DNA of 18,948 nucleotides from Clostridia bacterium (GTDB lineage Bacteria; Bacillota; Clostridia; Christensenellales; Aristaeellaceae): NCBI GenBank assembly GCA_024404275.1, contig JAKSQG010000018.1, positions 1 to 18,948 of the forward strand, read 5' to 3'. Shown piece by piece: positions 16,334 to 18,948 of this stretch (position 1 is its first letter; each line of letters starts with the position of its first letter). The notes under the pieces were generated by a model. It saw only the letters and a program-made list of their open reading frames with translations, ran no database searches and was not told where the DNA came from. The position numbers and the translations under genes were made by a program.

Positions 16334-18178
16334 TCAGCGGATGGTGTCCAGATATTCCGCCAGCGCGGCACGGTCATAGTACGAGGCGGGTTTGCGCAGG
16401 GGGATATCCTCGTCCACGCCGCGGTCAATGCTGTAAAAGGTGCCGTTTTTGACAATGCACAGGCGGTGAACATCCGAGATGTCAAACAGCGTGCCGTCCG
16501 CCGCGGAAGTGCTGCGGACCACGCAGGCGCCGCCGCCGGAGGTCTGCCCCAGCAGCGTCACACGCCCATCCTGCTTGAACAGGGTCGGCAGCAGGTTGCC
16601 GCAGGAGAAGGAGCTGCCGTTGACCAGACAATAAACGTCCAGATCATCCACGCCCAGTTCATCGTCTTCCAGACACTGACCATCCAGGTTCACATCCACC
16701 CAGTACACGGTCGTGTATTGCGCACCGGTGGTCACGTTTTCAACGCTCAGGTTGGCGGCACCCAGCACCCAGGAGGCAATGTACATGCAGGCATTCAGAT
16801 GTCCGCCGCCGTTGCAGGAAAGGTCAATGACGACCTTACGGATCGGGCTGTCTTCCCGGTGAATGCGGTTGTGGGCCCAGATGACCAGCGAGATGGTATC
16901 GGACATGTAGATGTCGCCCAGCTGGTCAGCCACATCGGGATCGTAATAGTCGTGGCTGGCGCTGACAAAGGAATCAAAGGTGACAAAGGCAGTATCACCG
17001 ATCTCATAATAGCCATCCTGAATTTTGTCGTCGATGGCGATGCCGCTTTGTGCGCGGGCCTTCAGAAAACGGTTGAGGACACGGTTATAATCCGTCAGCG
17101 TGATGGATTTGTTTTTGTGGGTCACTTCGTATTCATTGCCGGCATAGGAAGACAGATAGGACAGACCGGAATGCAGGTCGCCGAAGTTGCCGGCCAGCAC
17201 CTGATACAGGGCGTCTGTAAAGACATGGGGATCGGTGTTTTTCAGATCCGCTTCCAGACCGCTGGCAATAAAGTAGCTGTCGAAGCCGTTCAGCGCGCCG
17301 TGCTCTTCCCGAAGACCGTAGCAGTGATCCAGCATCAGGCACAGCTCATTATAGGTAAACTCGGCCAGCTCCGGGCTGCGCTCCCGCACGCCGGGACGAT
17401 AATACAGATCGTATTGGGTGAGGCCGTCGGCGTTGACACGGCTCTGATCCAATCCGTCGCCGAGAGCAAACAATGCTTCCCCGTTGAAGGTGACGGGGCA
17501 GGGCAGCAGAAGGTCCGACAGGGTCGCCAGCGGCACATAGAAGTGGCCGTCGTATTCCTCGATGCGGATACCGTAGTCATCCAGCAGAATCTCCGTGACC
17601 TCGCCCTCACGCTTATAGGATTGGCTCGCAACGCGGCGATAGAGGTTCGCATAGGGAATGCCCAGAGCGTCGTTCATCAGGACAGCGTCGTCATCATCGT
17701 AGAAAAAACCGCTGGCGGTGACCAGGTCGCCGCCGGAGACCGCAAAGGGGGCCGCCGCGAACAGGTCACGGTCATTGATCCAGATCAGGTTTTCTTCATG
17801 GTTGATGAGAACAAAGGAGTCGTTCTCCCGCAGCATGTAGAACGCTTCGATGTCCAGACCGTCTTCATCCAATCGGTGAAGCATGCCGGCATTCTCCAGC
17901 AGGCGATAACTCGTCAAGCCGTATCGCATGTCGTAGCCGGTCAGGGCGTAGAGCAGCCCGACTGCCGTTTCATCCGAACAATAGGGGATATCCATACAGC
18001 CATTGAAGAAAGCCACGTCCAGCGTTCTCTCTAATGTGCTGCTGTGATAATAGATGGGAAGCGTTTTGAAAACGGGGGCTTCCTCTTCCGCGGGCAATGC
18101 CTCCGCAAATGCGGGCACAGCAAGAAGCGCAATCATGGCCGCCAGCAGCAGCGCAGTCAGTCTTTTGATCATTCGCAT
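16334..18178 (-). CDS. Secreted S41-family serine peptidase (C-terminal processing / tail-specific protease-like)
   Basis: Motifs are VVIDLSCNGGGHLNA and CLVNGSSFSCGNLL...LLGQTSGGG. The preferred start is MRMIKRLTALLLAAMIALLAVPAFA, a signal peptide, with GAGG 5 nt upstream. The ORF-track start at 18253 adds 25 residues with no ribosome-binding site. TGA stop. Confidence 0.8.
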   Translation of the reverse strand: MRMIKRLTALLLAAMIALLAVPAFAEALPAEEEAPVFKTLPIYYHSSTLERTLDVAFFNGCMDIPYCSDETAVGLLYALTGYDMRYGLTSYRLLENAGMLHRLDEDGLDIEAFYMLRENDSFVLINHEENLIWINDRDLFAAAPFAVSGGDLVTASGFFYDDDDAVLMNDALGIPYANLYRRVASQSYKREGEVTEILLDDYGIRIEEYDGHFYVPLATLSDLLLPCPVTFNGEALFALGDGLDQSRVNADGLTQYDLYYRPGVRERSPELAEFTYNELCLMLDHCYGLREEHGALNGFDSYFIASGLEADLKNTDPHVFTDALYQVLAGNFGDLHSGLSYLSSYAGNEYEVTHKNKSITLTDYNRVLNRFLKARAQSGIAIDDKIQDGYYEIGDTAFVTFDSFVSASHDYYDPDVADQLGDIYMSDTISLVIWAHNRIHREDSPIRKVVIDLSCNGGGHLNACMYIASWVLGAANLSVENVTTGAQYTTVYWVDVNLDGQCLEDDELGVDDLDVYCLVNGSSFSCGNLLPTLFKQDGRVTLLGQTSGGGACVVRSTSAADGTLFDISDVHRLCIVKNGTFYSIDRGVDEDIPLRKPASYYDRAALAEYLDTIR

Positions 18179-18276
18179 TAAACCTCGTTTCTTGTGGGAT
18201 GCTCCGGGGGCGAAAGGACGGGGCGTCGCTGTGATACCCTGAAAACATGACACTTTTTGTTCTTCTGTTCCGGAAA

Positions 18277-18305
18277 ATTATATCATGCTTCATCAGACGA
18301 TTCAA
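18277..18305 (-). promoter_or_regulatory. Candidate sigma-70 promoter of the S41 peptidase gene
   Basis: Minus strand has TTGAAT (18305-18300), a 17-nt spacer, then the TG-extended -10 TGaTATAAT (TATAAT = 18282-18277). Confidence 0.6.
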
Positions 18306-18373
18306 GATGATGATTCCGCCCTGTCTGGTCCGCGGCTTGAGCGGCACGAACCGCCGGAGGCTGTGGTGACAGA

Positions 18374-18754
18374 TCAAAAATCCACCAGAAATATTCCGAT
18401 GGCGATCTTGGTGAAGCTTCCGTGATGCTCTGTATTCTTCACCTTCGCGCTCAGCATTTTTCCGGCATCCATCAGACGGGCAAAAATGATATTGTCCTTT
18501 TCCGGCACATAGCCCAGCTTTTTCCCTTGTTCGTTCAATATCAGGATGGCATTGCTGTCAAACTTATTGTCTTCCCGGCGAAGGTTCAGCTTTGTGCCTT
18601 CCGGAAGGTTCTCCAATACGGAGGCATCTTCCAGACGTGTGGTGCCGGCGATATAGGAATCAAACAAATGGATCTCGCGGATGAGCGGTTTGATCATTTC
18701 CTTTTCCGTCAGCGCCATCATCTGGCCGGTGCTGATGCTCAGTTCAGTACCCAT
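18374..18754 (-). CDS. Small stand-alone HIRAN-domain protein (126 aa)
   Basis: The pattern IAGTTRLEDASVLENLPEGTKLNLRREDNKFDSNAILILNEQGKKLGYVPEKDNIIFARLMDAG matches the HIRAN signature (l.L.rE..N.yD.nAI.v....g..lGyvP...a...a.lmD.g). TGA stop. Confidence 0.7.
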   Translation of the reverse strand: MGTELSISTGQMMALTEKEMIKPLIREIHLFDSYIAGTTRLEDASVLENLPEGTKLNLRREDNKFDSNAILILNEQGKKLGYVPEKDNIIFARLMDAGKMLSAKVKNTEHHGSFTKIAIGIFLVDF

Positions 18755-18948
18755 TTGGCGCCCCCCTTCTTCATCAGATCGTCCAGAAGGGCCTTCAGCT
18801 GCTGACGTGCTTCTTCGTATTCCTCGTGCTCCTTTTTCAGCTCATCATGCTTTTGCTCAACCAGGTCGGGGTCCCGGAGCAGGAACCTGTATTGATACGG
18901 GTCTTTGTTGACGATGCTTTTGATCTCTTCCTCGAGTTCTGCGATGCG
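18739..18948 (-). CDS. 3' end of a charged coiled-coil protein of unknown function; the 5' end lies outside the window
   Basis: The frame is open from the window edge: RIAELEEEIKSIVNKDPYQYRFLLRDPDLVEQKHDELKKEHEEYEEARQQLKALLDDLMKKGGAKWVLN, ending at the TGA at 18741-18739. It overlaps the HIRAN start codon by 16 nt, which suggests translational coupling. Confidence 0.5.
   Translation of the reverse strand, partial: RIAELEEEIKSIVNKDPYQYRFLLRDPDLVEQKHDELKKEHEEYEEARQQLKALLDDLMKKGGAKWVLN

Noticed and set aside
167-18034. Long ORFs lie antisense to the annotated genes: 167..2149 +, 3225..3968 +, 3987..4769 -, 4806..5837 -, 6114..7871 -, 8395..9396 -, 9619..10677 -, 11213..12166 -, 12265..14415 -, 14229..15197 -, 15226..16161 -, 16238..18034 +.
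   Set aside because: These are shadow ORFs typical of GC-rich DNA. Their composition is low-complexity and rich in Gly, Ala, Arg, His, Asp, Val and Gln. They have no recognisable motifs, no ribosome-binding sites, and each overlaps a gene with strong family signatures on the other strand.
18179-18253. The peptidase gene might begin at the longer start at 18253 (MSCFQGITATPRPF...).
   Set aside because: That start has no ribosome-binding site and would place 25 non-hydrophobic residues ahead of a classic signal peptide. The ATG at 18178 has GAGG 5 nt upstream and begins directly with the signal peptide.
1-18948. I scanned for CRISPR arrays, IS elements or transposases, integrases, rRNA and tRNA genes.
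   Set aside because: No spaced direct-repeat arrays, terminal inverted repeats flanking a transposase-like ORF, or RNA-gene signatures were found by eye. The only exact tandem repeat is the 10-mer at 9485-9504.

Overview
This is chromosomal-looking DNA of about 60% GC from a Gram-positive, Clostridia-like bacterium. Supporting signs are AGGAGG-type ribosome-binding sites, TG-extended -10 promoters and a sortase sorting signal. I found no rRNA, tRNA, CRISPR array, transposase or phage genes.

Thirteen genes are supported:
- a PAS / degenerate-GGDEF / EAL / PAS c-di-GMP phosphodiesterase (-)
- a xylose-isomerase-like TIM-barrel enzyme (-)
- a roughly 1417-aa wall-anchored surface protein with an N-terminal PI-PLC catalytic domain on a CnaB/pilin-type stalk (+)
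- a LacI regulator followed by a sugar or polyol utilisation operon (+): CUT2 ABC binding protein, tandem-NBD ATPase, permease, Gfo/Idh/MocA oxidoreductase, TIM-barrel isomerase, second Gfo/Idh/MocA oxidoreductase
- a secreted S41 peptidase (-)
- a small HIRAN-domain protein (-)
- the 3' end of a coiled-coil protein (-)

The main finding is that the genetic code looks non-standard. Six times, a recognisable gene is split into two same-frame ORFs by a stop inside a conserved domain, and all six stops are TAG. A seventh TAG is an apparent gene end that is followed by an open in-frame extension. None of the 13 real gene ends uses TAG (8 TGA, 5 TAA). There are no frameshifts and no in-frame TGA or TAA interruptions. 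The simplest reading is that TAG is a sense codon in this organism. Two alignable ABC-ATPase positions point to Glu, or possibly Gln. Under the standard table this locus would be mis-annotated as a cluster of pseudogenes.
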